Assembly (NCBI RefSeq): GCF_036365525.1
Contig: NC_090395.1
Span: forward strand, 15,551,714 to 15,615,713
DNA from: Heterodontus francisci
Taxonomy: Eukaryota
Direction: 5' to 3'
DNA: 64,000 nt
In this document: positions 23,530 to 35,660 of the stretch, piece by piece
Position numbering within the stretch: position 1 is the first letter of the stretch
Layout: each line of letters starts with the position of its first letter
The notes under the pieces: generated by a model
The model's input: the letters and a program-made list of their open reading frames with translations, nothing else
Database searches by the model: none
What the model was told of the DNA's origin: nothing
Made by a program: the position numbers and the translations under genes

Positions 23530-24890
23530 AGTATCTAATGACAGTGAGGAAGTTAAGCTAATTATTAAAGTAGCAGTACTGGAGAAATGAATAGGACCAA
23601 AAGCTGACAAATTTCCTCGACCTCATGGCTTACATCCTGGGCGGTTGCATTGTCTTTGACCTTCCAGAATTTTCTAGATTCTGGAGAAATCTCTGTGGAT
23701 TAGAAGGTAGTGGTGAATGTAACCCCAGTGTTCAAGAAATTGGCCGGGGCTGGGGGGTGCGATGAGAGAGAAAACAAGGAACCATAGGCCAGCTAGCTTA
23801 ACATTAGTAGGAAAAATACTAGAATCTATTAAGGACATAGTAATAGAGCACTTGGGAAAAAAAAAATCACAATATGATTAATAAAAGAGAACTTATGTTT
23901 GACAAAATTTAGTTTCTTTGAGATCATAACTAGCAGGATCGATAAGGGGAAAACCAGTGAATGTAGTCCATATGGATTTTGATAAGATGCCGCAGAAGAG
24001 GTTGTTACACAAGATTGGGGGTTATAGATTAGCATGGATTAGTTAATGGACAGAAAACAGTAGGAATAAAAGGGTCACTTTTGGGATGGCAGGGTCTAAC
24101 CAGTGGAGTGCTGCAAGGGTCAGTGCTGGGCTTCACCTAATTTACAATCTAGATCTATAACTTGGGTAAGGGCCCCGAGTGTAAAGTGTCCAAGTTTGCT
24201 GATGAATCAAAGTTAGATGGGAAAGTAAGCTACGAGGGAGACACAAAGAGGTTGAAAAGGGCTATAAATAGGTTAAGCGAGTGGCAAGAAGGTGCCAGAT
24301 GGAGTATAATGTAGAGAAGTGTGAGATTATTCACTTTGGTAGAAAGAATAGAAACCTATTTTAAATGGTGAGAAACTATGACCTGTTGGTGTTCAGAGGG
24401 ATTTGGGTGCCCTTGCACATGAAACACAAAGTGATCATGCAGGTACTGCAAGCAATTAGGAAGGCAAATGTTATGTTGGCCTTTATTGCAAGGTGGTTGG
24501 AGTACATGAGTAAGGAAGGCTTGCTGTAATTATACAGGGCTTTGGTGAGACCACACCTGGAGTACGGTGTACAACTGGGGTGAAAAAAATGACGACAGGG
24601 TTACAAAGTCAGAATACAGAGTCGGCCATTTAGGAGTAAAATGAGGAAGTCTTTCACCCAGAGGGTTTTGAGTCTTTTGAATTCTCTACCCTGGAGGACT
24701 GTAGATGCTCCATCGTCAGGTATATTAAAGATTAGCTTGATAGATTTTTGGACTCCAAGGGAATCAAGGGATTATGGGGGACCAGGTAGGAAAGTGGAGT
24801 TGAGGTCAAAGATCAGTCATGATCATAATAAATGGCAGAGCAGGCTAGAGGGGCTGAATGGTCTACTCCTGCTCCTATTTCTTATGCAAA
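23530..24890 (+). mobile_element. Old CR1 RT/3' fragment
   Basis: Decayed RT motifs (SGVLQGSVLG, SKFADESKL, LVRPHLEY) and a CR1 3' UTR. Confidence 0.8.
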
Positions 24891-25374
24891 TAAAAATTTT
24901 AGGACTTCTCCATGCAGAGCGAGATCAGCAGTTGGAATGGATCACTAGTGATGGCCAATCAATTTGAACGATATCACAATCCAGCAGAAGCAGCAATGAG
25001 GGTAATTCTGGCTGGGTGAAAGTACAGGCCCAATGGGCCCTCTAGTTATCTCGAGAACTATACATTTGACAAGGTGTAGGCAGAGGAGGAACTAGTTTCA
25101 GTGGCTCCTGCACCTCGCCCCAGGATAAACACCTCCACCAGTGGATCCAGGCAGCCACACCCCACCCTTGCACCATAGCTTGGGAACACTTAGAAACAAA
25201 CAGATTACACAATCCCAAACGTTCAGCCTCCACCCCTATCCTCACCATACACTGTCCCAGTCCCGGACACCCATCACCCTGTAAGGCTGACAGATGGATC
25301 ATGACCAGGAGACAAACATAAAAGCTCTATTAAAAGAGGCAAAGGGCACTGAGCTCTGACTGACAGGAGATCAG

Positions 25375-25710
25375 AGGTCATACAGTCAGTCATTTACGAC
25401 ACAGGTGGTGGTGATTCGGCCCATTGAGTCCATGCTGGCTCTCCACAGAGCAATCCAGTCAGTCCTACTCCCCACCTCGATCCTCACAGCCCTAAATGTC
25501 TATTTACTTCAAGTGGCCATCCAATTTCCTTATGAAGTCATTGATCATCTCGGTGCTCACAAGGGCAGTAGAAACAGAGTTCCAGGTCATTACCACCCGC
25601 TGGGTAAAAAAAGTTCTTCCTCATATTCCACCTGCATCTCTTGGCCAAAACGGTAAATCTGTCTGTCGTCCTTGTATGATTAGTTAACGGGAACAGTTTT
25701 TCCCTCGTCA
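25375..25710 (-). mobile_element. CR1 3' UTR fragment
   Basis: EKLFPL...RWNMRKNFF on the minus strand, with a 3' tail similar to other CR1 copies. Confidence 0.6.
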
Positions 25711-25837
25711 ACTGCCCACAAACTTGTGATCCAGTTAACCCGTGTAACTGGGTAGATTTAACCCTGGGAAAGAGTTTTTCTCCTCCCCCACACAGGCAAA
25801 AAGGGGAAAGGTCAGAAGGAGGAGAGTAGAATGAGTG

Positions 25838-26400
25838 AAGAGTCATACAGCAAAAAACAGGCCCTTCGGCCCATCATGTCCGTGCCGACCATCAAGCACC
25901 CATCTATTCTAATCCCATTTTCCAGCACTTGGCCTGTCGCCTTGTATGCTATGGCGTTTCAAGTGCTCATCTAAATACTTAAACTTTGTGAGGGTTCCTG
26001 CCTCTACCACCCCTTCAGGCAGTGTTCCAGATTCCAACCACCCTCTGGGTGAAATTTCTTTTCCTCAAATCCCCTCTAAACTTTCTGCCCCTTACCTTAA
26101 ATCTACGTCCCCTGGTTATTGATACCTCTGCTGAGGGAAAAAGTTTCTTCCTATCCACCCTATTTATTTATGCCCCTCATAATTTTGTATACCTCAATCA
26201 GGTCCCCCCTCAGCCTTCTCTGCTCTAAGGAAAATACCCCTAGCCTATCCAGTCTCTTCATAGCTAAACTGCTCCAGCCCAGGCAACATCCTGGTGAATC
26301 TCCTCTGCACCCTCACCAGTTCAATCACATCCTTCCTATAGTGTGGTGACCAGAACTGTACACAGTACTGCAGCTGTAGCCTAACTAGCATTTTATACAG
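25838..26400 (-). mobile_element. CR1 (HER1-like) 3' fragment
   Basis: [42 protein letters not shown]. Same family as 18283-18962. Confidence 0.88.
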
Positions 26401-27114
26401 GTTGTGTGTGACCAGATAATTTGTATTGTCAGTGTTTAACAGCACAGGAGTAGCTAAGCTTCTGTAGAGTAGTGCTAGATCAGGGCACAGGCACTGCAGA
26501 AAGTAACAGGGCATTGGCCTGCAGGACACATGGTTGTGCAACTGCTGTTTGTGTCTAAGCATAAACCTAACCTCACAAAAACATGTAACCTTGACTGTTG
26601 AACCAGATCTATAATACTGCAACAATAAACATACCTGCGTACCTATAAATGCCTGTCAGTTAATAACCCAGGTCCAATGTGAATGAATAATGAATGTTAT
26701 CATGAATGATAACCGAGCTGCTGATTAAAGCTGTAATCACTGATACATCAGTCCCTGGTTTCACCAACAACTGACTGACCTGAAAGATATGTTAATTGGC
26801 TTAAGGTATAACTATTAAACTTCTCAGACAGCTGACCTATAACAGGCATCTCAAACATTAAAGACAGAAATCTGCCAAGCCTACACACCCACACAGAGAT
26901 TTTTATTAATTACATGTGCCAAAGGAGTCCAAATAATCCTTCACCCAGTCTGAACAGGAGCATACATCCCATCACACCACTGGAGGAGGCTCCACACTGA
27001 CATTAACAGAGGGCGGGGGACAATCTACCTTACAGACATTCCCCAAGATAAACCACAGGACTTTATCATCACATCCAGTCAGGCCACTGATACCCACTGC
27101 CATTTTGCCCCTTA

Positions 27115-27435
<321 letters not shown>

Positions 27436-28342
27436 TCATTCACCTGTCATTGCCATCTGCATATCATTAAAATGTTCCAAGGTGTAGCAGCAATTAAACC
27501 AAAAGCTGAATTCTTGCTGCAGCTCAGGGCTTTGTGTTTCACACACGTTCATTCCACAGGCTATATGCCCACATTCTGTTACCAGGCTTACTGCAAACGA
27601 CTCCTACAACTGACCTGGGGCTCAAGATGGGTATAACACTGATGTAAAAGATCCTGCAACAAGGCTTCATTGAGCCCAGTGCAGTGTGACTACACACACA
27701 TCTGTTCTTGTGTCTGCAGCAAGGTGACTCACGGCTGCAGTGGAGATAAAAAACCAGGTGGAGGGGGGAGTGGGAAGGCACTTAAAACACAATAATAACG
27801 CAGCTTTAAAAACTCCTCAGTTCCAACAAGCCCTACAGTTGTGAACAAGACCTTATATGGGCTGACAGGGTGGTGCATTTGTGGAAAGTACAAGCAGTCA
27901 AACCAGCTCAACTTGCTAGCTGATCACTGTGGGCCCAGAAGACAAAAAAGGTTAACCCCTTAGCTTTGCTCATACTCCCACAATATTTAAGGCACAAAGC
28001 AGACAGAGTGGGGAGCTGACACTTCAGGAAGCATTTCACCTTCAGCATCATTTGTGGGCATTAAACGTGCCAGGACAGAGGACATAGTTCAGAAATACAA
28101 ATACAAAAGTGCTGATAAACGTGAACTGACTGGGGTTCTTTTAGTAAAGGGAAAATGCTGCCTAACCCTCAGGGGTTAGAGCAAAGCAGCATTCCGAGCT
28201 CGGCGATACTATTATAACTTGGATAACAGATCTGGGGACAAGGAGAAGCAGCTTACACCAAGCTGCAGATAAATTTAACTGGCCCCCAACCACAAGGCAT
28301 GGGAATGAAGAGAAAACTCAAAGCAGCAGAGCTGAGCAAACA

Positions 28343-28757
28343 GGGTGGCACAGTGGTTAGCACCGCAGCCTCACAGCTCCAGCGACCCGGGTTCAATTCT
28401 GGGTACTGCCTGTGTGGAGTTTGCAAGTTCTCCCTGTGTCTGCATGGGTTTTCTCCGGGTGCTCCGGTTTCCTCCCACAAGCCAAAAGACTTGCAGGTTG
28501 GGAGGTAAATTGGCCATTATAAATTGCCCCTAGTATAGGTAGATGGTAGGGAAATATAGGGACGGGTGGGGATGTGGTATGAATATGGGATTAGTGTAGG
28601 ATTAGTACACCACTGACCACCTCCAGGCGCTTCCCCATTGTCTCTCGAGATAAGGAGGCCAAAGAAAGAAAATATAAAATGGGTGGTTGATGGTTGGCAC
28701 AGACTCAGGGGACCGAAGGGCCTGTTTCAGTGCTGTATCTCTAAACTAAACTAAACT
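28343..28757 (+). mobile_element. HE1 V-SINE carrying a ~60-bp A-tailed insertion (unit A)
   Basis: HE1 head/core/tail. Extra caccactgaccacctccagg...gaggccaaagaaagaaaa at ~28609-28672. Confidence 0.88.
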
Positions 28758-29260
28758 GAACAAAACAACAGCCTGATCACATCCACAGTGGGAAGGAGAG
28801 ATTCCCAAACATGACACAGCAAACTGAACAGAAATCTCCGAGTCTGTGGCTGCAGAAACCAGACAGGTTCAGCTGCAGTCTCCAACTGCCTGACACTTCG
28901 CTGGAAAGGCAGCAAGCTCACTCAAGCAGGGCAAACACCCCACGGAACACCTACCCTCCCCATCCCCCCCCCTCCCCCCCAAGGCAAAACCCCTCCCCCC
29001 CCCACCCACCCAAGCAAGACCCACCCCAACCCCCCACCGCAGGCAAAATCCCTCCCCCCAGGCAAGAAACACCCCCCCCACCTCAGGCAAAATCCTCCCC
29101 TCCCCCCCAGGCAAGAAACGCCCCAACCGCAGGGAAAATCCTACCCCCGCCCCGCCCCCGGGCGACATCTCCTACTGCCTGACACTTCACTGCAGAGGCA
29201 GCAAGCTCACTTCACTGCGCCGCGCCGCCTCGCCTCGCCCTGCCCAGCCCCAGTACTCAC

Positions 29261-29263
29261 CAT
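29261..29263 (-). CDS. tuba5: Alpha-tubulin exon 1 coding part (ATG only), proximal copy
   Basis: gcaatATG|gtgagt, the ATG-only first exon typical of vertebrate alpha-tubulins. Exons sum to 1350 nt = 449 aa + stop. Confidence 0.85.
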
Positions 29264-29720
29264 ATTGCCGATCCGCTTACCTCTCGCGCCAACTGCAAAC
29301 CCAACGCTCGCAGAGCCTTAAATAGAGAGCAGCCGAGAGGGCGGGTCTACCGATGGAAACCATCCGCCTATTGGTCATAACAGGCCATGGGCGGGGCTAC
29401 CAATAAAAATCTGCCGCCTTTCGCTCAGAAATAGGCAAGGGGCGGGGGTAACGCTGCAAACCTGCTGCCTATTGGTCAGTAACAAGCCAGACTGGAGCAG
29501 TTACAGCATTTCAAATAGATCCAAGTTCGTTTTAAATGACCGGCTGCATTGCTGACAACGCAAATGAAGCCTCATGCGCTCGTACATTCACTGTCTGCGA
29601 CGTTTTGGCAGCTGCCAATAGTAAAGATGGCGCTGCTCAATATATCACAAAAATGAAAACAAATGAAACCAAAATGGCCACTTCTGGTCCCGGCAACAAG
29701 TTGTTTAATGAATTTTATTG
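29264..29720 (-). promoter_or_regulatory. Proximal tubulin 5' UTR/promoter
   Basis: TATTTAA at 29318-29324, three GC boxes (~29339, 29388, 29438), three CCAAT boxes (~29370, 29400, 29471), YY1-like AAGATGGCG/AAAATGGCC (~29624, 29671). CpG-rich. Confidence 0.8.
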
Positions 29721-30109
29721 ATGATTATTTCAGGTCACAAACCCGAATTTTATATCAGTGAGCATCTTAAAAAGAGATTTCTAACATTTTGGAAGTTGGA
29801 ACAGATAAATCCTGGGAGCTCGTGTTCAGCATGAAGACCGGCAGAGAGCTGCTTCTGTGTTGTAATAAGAGCCAAATCAACAACCTGATCCAGCATCCCC
29901 TCAGTGAGCTTTGTGTTTAGACCTGAGCTCCGGGATAGCTGCATGTGCAGGATTGTGTGTGTATTTCAACAGAATCCGTGCCCTCACCCCTTCCTCCCCC
30001 TCGTCCGCTCGCTTTCCCACTCTCTCCTGCTCACAGTCTCCCTCCCCTCCCCGCCTATCTTGTCAGTTTCTTCTACACTTCCTCCATGCGGGGAAAAAGC
30101 GCTGCGATA

Positions 30110-32585
30110 GTGGGAGGGAGCGGGGACCAGTACCGGGAATGAACAGGGCAAAGTACTGGGGCCCAGTACTGGCGATGCAACGGGGACCAGCACCGGGAGG
30201 GAGCGGGGCAAAGTACTGGGGACCAGTACTGGGAGGCAGTGAGGCAATGTACTGGGAATCAGTACCGGGAGGGAGCGGGGCAAAGTACTGGGGACCAGTA
30301 CTGGGAGGGAGCGGGGCAAAGTACTGGGGACCAGTACCAGGAGGGTGTGGGGACCGGTATCGGGGACCTGTACCGGGAGGGAGTGGGGCAAAGTACTGGG
30401 GAGCAGTAATGGCGACCAGTACCAATCGGGAGTGAGGACCAGTATCGGGGACCAGCACCGGGAGGGAGTGGGGCAAAGTACTGGGGAGCAGTACCGGGCG
30501 GGAGTGAGGACCAGTATCGGGGACCAGCACCGGGAGGGAGTGGGGCAAAGTACTGGGGAGCAGTAATGGCGACCAGTACCAAACGGGAGTGAGGACCAGT
30601 ATCGGGGACCAGCACCGGGAGGGAGTGGGGCAAAGTACTGGGGAGCAGTAATGGTGACCAGTACCAGGCGGGAGTGAGGACCAGTATCGGGGACCAGCAC
30701 CGGGAGGGAGTGGGGCAAAGTACTGGGGACCAGTACCGGGAGGGAGTGGGGACCAGTATCAGGAGGGAGTGGGGCAAAGTACTGGGGACCAGCACCAGGA
30801 GGGAGTGGGGCAAAGTACTGGGGACCAGTAATGGGGACTAGTACCGGGCAGGAGCGGAGGAAAGTACTGGGGACCAGTATCGGGGACCAGCACCGGGAGG
30901 GAGTGAGGCAATGTACTGGGGACCAGTACCGGGAGGGAGTGAGGCAATGTACTGGGGACCAGTACCAGGAGGGAGCGGAGCAAAGTACTGGGGACCAGTA
31001 CCGGGAGGGAGCGGAGACCAGTATCGGGGACCAGTACCGGGAGGGAGTGAGGCAATGTACTTGGGACCAGTACTGGGAGGGAGCGGAGCAAAGTACTGGG
31101 GACCAGTACCGGGAGGGAGCGGAGACCAGTATCGGGGACCAGTACCGGGAGGGAGTGAGGCAATGTACTTGGGACCAGTACTGGGCGGGAGCGGAGCAAA
31201 GTACTGGGGACCAGTACTGGGAGGGAGTGAGGCAAAGTACTTGGGACCAGTACCGGGAGGGAGCGGAGCAAAGTACTGGGGACCAGTACCGGGAGGGAGC
31301 GGAGCAAAGTACTGGGGACCAGTACTGGGAGGGAGCGGAGCAAAGTACTGGGGACCAGTACCGGGCGGGAGCGGAGCAAAGTACTGGGGACCAGTACTGG
31401 GAGGGAGTGAAGCAAAGTACTTGGGACCAGTACTGGGGACCAGTACCGGGAGGGAGTGAGGCAATGTACTTGGGACCAGTACTGGGGACCAGTACCGGGA
31501 GGGAGTGAGGCAATGTACTTGGGACCAGTACTGGGGACCAGTACCGGGAGGGAGTGAAGCAAAGTACTTGGGACCAGTACCGGGAGGGAGTGAGGCAATG
31601 TACTTGGGACCAGTACCGGGCGGGAGCGGAGCAAAGTACTGGGGACCAGTACTGGGAGGGAGTGGGGCAATGTACTGGGGACCAGTACCGGCGGGAGCGG
31701 AGCAAAGTAAAGTACTGGGGACCAGTACCGGGAGGGAGCGGGGCAAAGTACTGGGGACCAGTACTGGGAGGGAGCGGGGCAAAGTACTGGGGACCAGTAC
31801 CGGGAGGGAGCGGGGCAAAGTACTGGGGACCAGTACCGGGAGGGAGCGGGGCAAAGTACTGGGGACCAGTACCGGGAGGGAGCGGGGCAAAGTACTGGGG
31901 ACCAGTACCGGGAGGGAGTGGGGCAAAGTACTGGGGACCAGTACCGGGAGGGAGTGGGGAGCAGTACCAGTAGGGAGCAGGAACCAGTAACGTGGACCAG
32001 TACCAAGAGGGTGCGGGGACCAGTACTGGGAATGAACAGGGCAAAGTACTGGGGACCAGTACCGGGAGGGAGTGGGGAGCAGTACCGGTAGGGAGCGGGA
32101 ACCAGTAACGTGGACCGGTACTGGGGAGGCAGCGGGGACCAGGACTGAGGACCAGTACTAGGAGGGAGCAGGGACCAGTACGACGGAGCCGTGCCGGGAG
32201 GGAGCGGGGTCCAATACCAGAACCGGCAGGGAGCAGGGAACAGTACCCGGCAGCAGTGGGGAGCAGTACTGCAGACCTGTAGCGAGAAGGAGCCAGGACC
32301 AGTACCGGGCACCGGTAGCAGAAGGGAGGGTGTTCAGTACCGGGGACCAGTACCGGGAGGAAGCTGGGAGCAGTACCGGGGAGCCGAAGTGGGAGGGAGA
32401 GGTGAGCAGTACTAGGGGCTGGTCCTGGGAGGTAGCGGGTCCCAGTACCGGGAGGCAGCAGGGACCAGCACTGGTAGCGTGAGGGAGCGGGTTGCAGAAG
32501 TAGGAGGGAGCAGGGGCCAGTACTGGGTACCAGTACCGGGAGGGAACGGGGAGCAGTACCGGGGATCAGAAGGAGGGAGCGAGGC
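30110..32585. repeat. G-rich minisatellite, ~36-bp unit GGGGACCAGTACCGGGAGGGAGCGGGGCAAAGTACT with variant units
   Basis: Near-perfect units at ~31715-31955. 12-aa periodic translation (PLPPGTGPQYFA). Degenerate ends. Confidence 0.95.
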
Positions 32586-32957
32586 TTTCTTACTGTAATT
32601 ATAGAGGACCTTAGTGAGACAGAGTGGGGAGCTGACACTTTAGGAAGCATTTCACCTTCAGCATCATTTGTGGGCATTAAACGTGCCAGGACAGAGGACG
32701 TAGTTCAGAAATACAAATACAAAAGGGCTGATAAACGTGAACTGACTGGGGTTCTTTTAGTAAAGGGAAAATGCTGCCTAACCCTCAGGGGTTAGAGCAA
32801 AGCAGCATTCCGAGCTCGGCGATATTATTATAACTTGGATAACAGATCTGGGGACAAGGAGAAGCAGCTTACACCAAACTGCAGATAAATTAAACTGGCC
32901 CCCAACCACAAGGCATGGAATGAAGAGAAAACTCAGAGCAGCAGAGCTGAGCAAACA

Positions 32958-33370
32958 GGGTGGCACAGTGGTTAGCACCGCAGCCTCACAGCTCAGCGAC
33001 CTGGGTTCAATTCTGGGTACTGCCTGTGTTGAGTTTGCAAGTTCTCCCTGTGTCTGCATGGGTTTTCTCCGGGTGCTCCGGTTTCCTCCACAAGCTAAAA
33101 GACTTGCAGGTTGGGAGGTAAATTGGCCATTATAAATTGCCCCTAGTATAGGTAGATGGTAGGGAAATATAGGAACGGGTGGGGATGTGGTATGAATATG
33201 GGGATTAGTGTAGGATTAGTACACCACTGACCACCTCCAGGCACTTCCCCATTGTCTCTCGAGATAAGGAGGCCAAAGAAAGAAATATAAAATGGGTGGT
33301 TGATGGTTGGCACAGACTCAGGGGACCGAAGGGCCTGTTTCAGTGCTGTATCTCTAAACTAAACTAAACT
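32958..33370 (+). mobile_element. HE1 V-SINE with the same insertion (unit B)
   Basis: Duplicate of 28343-28757. Confidence 0.88.
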
Positions 33371-33840
33371 GAACAAAACAACAGCTGATCACATCCACAG
33401 TGGGAAGGAGAGATTCCCAAACATGACACAGCAAACTGAACAGAAATCTCCGAGTCTGTGGCTGCAGAAACCAGACAGGTTCAGCTGCAGTCTCCAACTG
33501 CCTGACACTTCGCTGGAAAGGCAGCAAGCTCACTCAAGCAGGGCAAACACCCCACGGAACACCTACCCTCCCCATCCCCCCCCCACCAAGGCAAAACCCT
33601 CCCCCCCCCCCACCCACCCAAGCAAGACCCACCCCAACCCCCCACCGCAGGCAAAATCCATCTCCTCCCCCCCCAGGCAAGAAACGCCCCACCTCAGGGA
33701 AAATCCTTCCCCCGCCCCGCCCCGGGCGACATCTCCTACTGCCTGACACTTCACTGCAGAGGCAGCAAGCTCACTTCACTGCGCCGCCTCGCCCTGGCCT
33801 GGCCCGGCCCGGCCCGGCCCAGCCCAGCCCCAGTACTCAC

Positions 33841-33843
33841 CAT
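33841..33843 (-). CDS. tuba5: Duplicated alpha-tubulin exon 1 (ATG only), distal copy
   Basis: Same ATG|gtgagt context as 29261-29263, offset 4580 bp. Confidence 0.7.
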
Positions 33844-34300
33844 ATTGCCGATCCGCTTACCTCTCGCGCCAACTGCAAACCCAACGCTCGCAGAGCCTTA
33901 AATAGAGAGCAGCCGAGAGGGCGGGTCTACCGATGGAAACCATCCGCCTATTGGTCATAACAGGCCATGGGCGGGGCTACCAATAAAAATCTGCCGCCTT
34001 TTCGCTCAGAAATAGGCAAGGGGCGGGGGTAACGCTGCAAACCTGCTGCCTATTGGTCAGTAACAAGCCAGACTGGAGCAGTTACAGCATTTCAAATAGA
34101 TCCAAGTTCGTTTTAAATGACCGGCTGCATTGCTGACAACGCAAATGAAGCCTCATGCGCTCGTACATTCACTGTCTGCGACGTTTCGGCAGCTGCCAAT
34201 AGTAAAGATGGCGCTGCTCAATATATCACAAAAATGAAAACAAATGAAACCAAAATGGCCACTTCTGGTCCCGGCAACAAGTTGTTTAATGAATTTTATT
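33844..34300 (-). promoter_or_regulatory. Distal duplicated tubulin promoter
   Basis: Near-identical to 29264-29720. TATTTAA at 33898-33904; GC, CCAAT and YY1-like motifs intact. Confidence 0.75.
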
Positions 34301-34684
34301 GATGATTATTTCAGGTCACAAACCCGAATTTTATATCAGTGAGCATCTTAAAAAGAGATTTCTAACATTTTGGAAGTTGGAACAGATAAATCCCTGGGAG
34401 CTCGTGTTCAGCATGAAGACCGGCAGAGAGCTGCTTCTGTGTTGTAATAAGAGCCAAATCAACAACCTGATCCAGCATCTCCTCAGTGAGCTTTGTGTTT
34501 AGACCTGAGCTCCGGGATAGCTGCATGTGCAGGATTGTGTGTGCATTTCAACAGAATCCGTGCCCTCACCCCTTCCTCCCCCTCGTCCGCTCGCTTTCCC
34601 ACTCTCTCCTGCTCAGTCTCCCTCCCGTCCCCATCCAGTCAGTTTCTTCCACACTTCCCCCATGCAGGGAAAAAGCGCTGCGAT

Positions 34685-35660
34685 AGCGGGCGGGAGTGGG
34701 GGGACCTGCACCGGGAGGCAGTGGGGAACAGTACCAGTAGGGAGCGGGAACCAGTAATGTAGACCAGTACCGAGAGGGGAGCGGGGAGCAGTACTGGTAG
34801 GGAACGTGGACCAGTACCGGGAGGGAGCAGGGACCAGAATCGGGAAGCAGTGGGGAGCAGTACCGGAATGAACAGGGCAAAGTACTGGGGACCAGTACTG
34901 AGAAGGAGCGGGGAGCAGTAACGTGGACCGGTACCGGGGAGGCAGCGGGGACCAGGACTGAGGACCAGTACCAGGAGGGAGCAGGGACCAGTACCGGGGG
35001 AGTGGGACCAATACCGCGGAGCCATGCCAGGAGGGAGCGGGGTCCAATACCAGAACAGTACCGGCAGGGAGCGGGGAACAGTACCCAGCAGCAGTACCGG
35101 GAGGCAGTGGGGAGCAGTACTGCGGACCCGTAGCGAGAAGGAGCCAGACCAGTACCGGTAGCAGAAGGGAGCATGGTCCAGTACCAGGGACCAGTGCGGG
35201 GAGGGAGCGGTGTTCAGGAGTGGGGACCAGTGCCGGGGACCAGTGTGGGGTGGGAGCGGTATTCAGTACCGGGGACCAGTGCCAGGTGGGAGCGGTGTTC
35301 AGTACCAGGAGGGAGCGGGGACCAGTACCGGGAGGAAGCCGGGAGCAGTACCGGGGAGCCGAAGTGGGAGGGAGAGGTGAGCAGTACTAGGGGTTGGTTC
35401 CGGGAGGTAGCGGGTCCCAGTACCGGGAGGCAGCAGGGACCAGTAATGGAGTGATCGGGGAGCAGTACTGGAGACTGGTGCAGGGAATGAACTGGTAGTG
35501 GGAGGGAGCAGAAGCGGGAGGGAGCGGGGAGGCAGAACTGTGGACCAATATCGGGAGGGAACGGGGAGCAGTACCGGTTACCAGTAGGGAACGGGGAGCA
35601 GTACTGGGTACCAGTTACCGGGAGGGAACGGGGAGCAGTACCAGGGATCAGAAGCAGGAG
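34685..35660. repeat. Shorter degenerate copy of the same minisatellite
   Basis: Repeated cagtaccggg/gggagcggg motifs, colinear with 31950-32585. Confidence 0.85.

Noticed and set aside
29536-29721. 61-aa plus-strand ORF present in both duplicates (also 34117-34302)
   Set aside because: Its conservation is explained by the duplication. No recognisable homology or splice structure.
30110-32585. CRISPR-like 36-bp periodicity
   Set aside because: Head-to-tail repeats with no unique spacers, no cas genes, and a vertebrate context.
29984-32677. 897-aa Pro-rich ORF and overlapping long ORFs
   Set aside because: They are translations of the 36-bp minisatellite, which lacks stops in several frames. 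There is no domain or promoter, and the ORF start lies in duplicated intron sequence.
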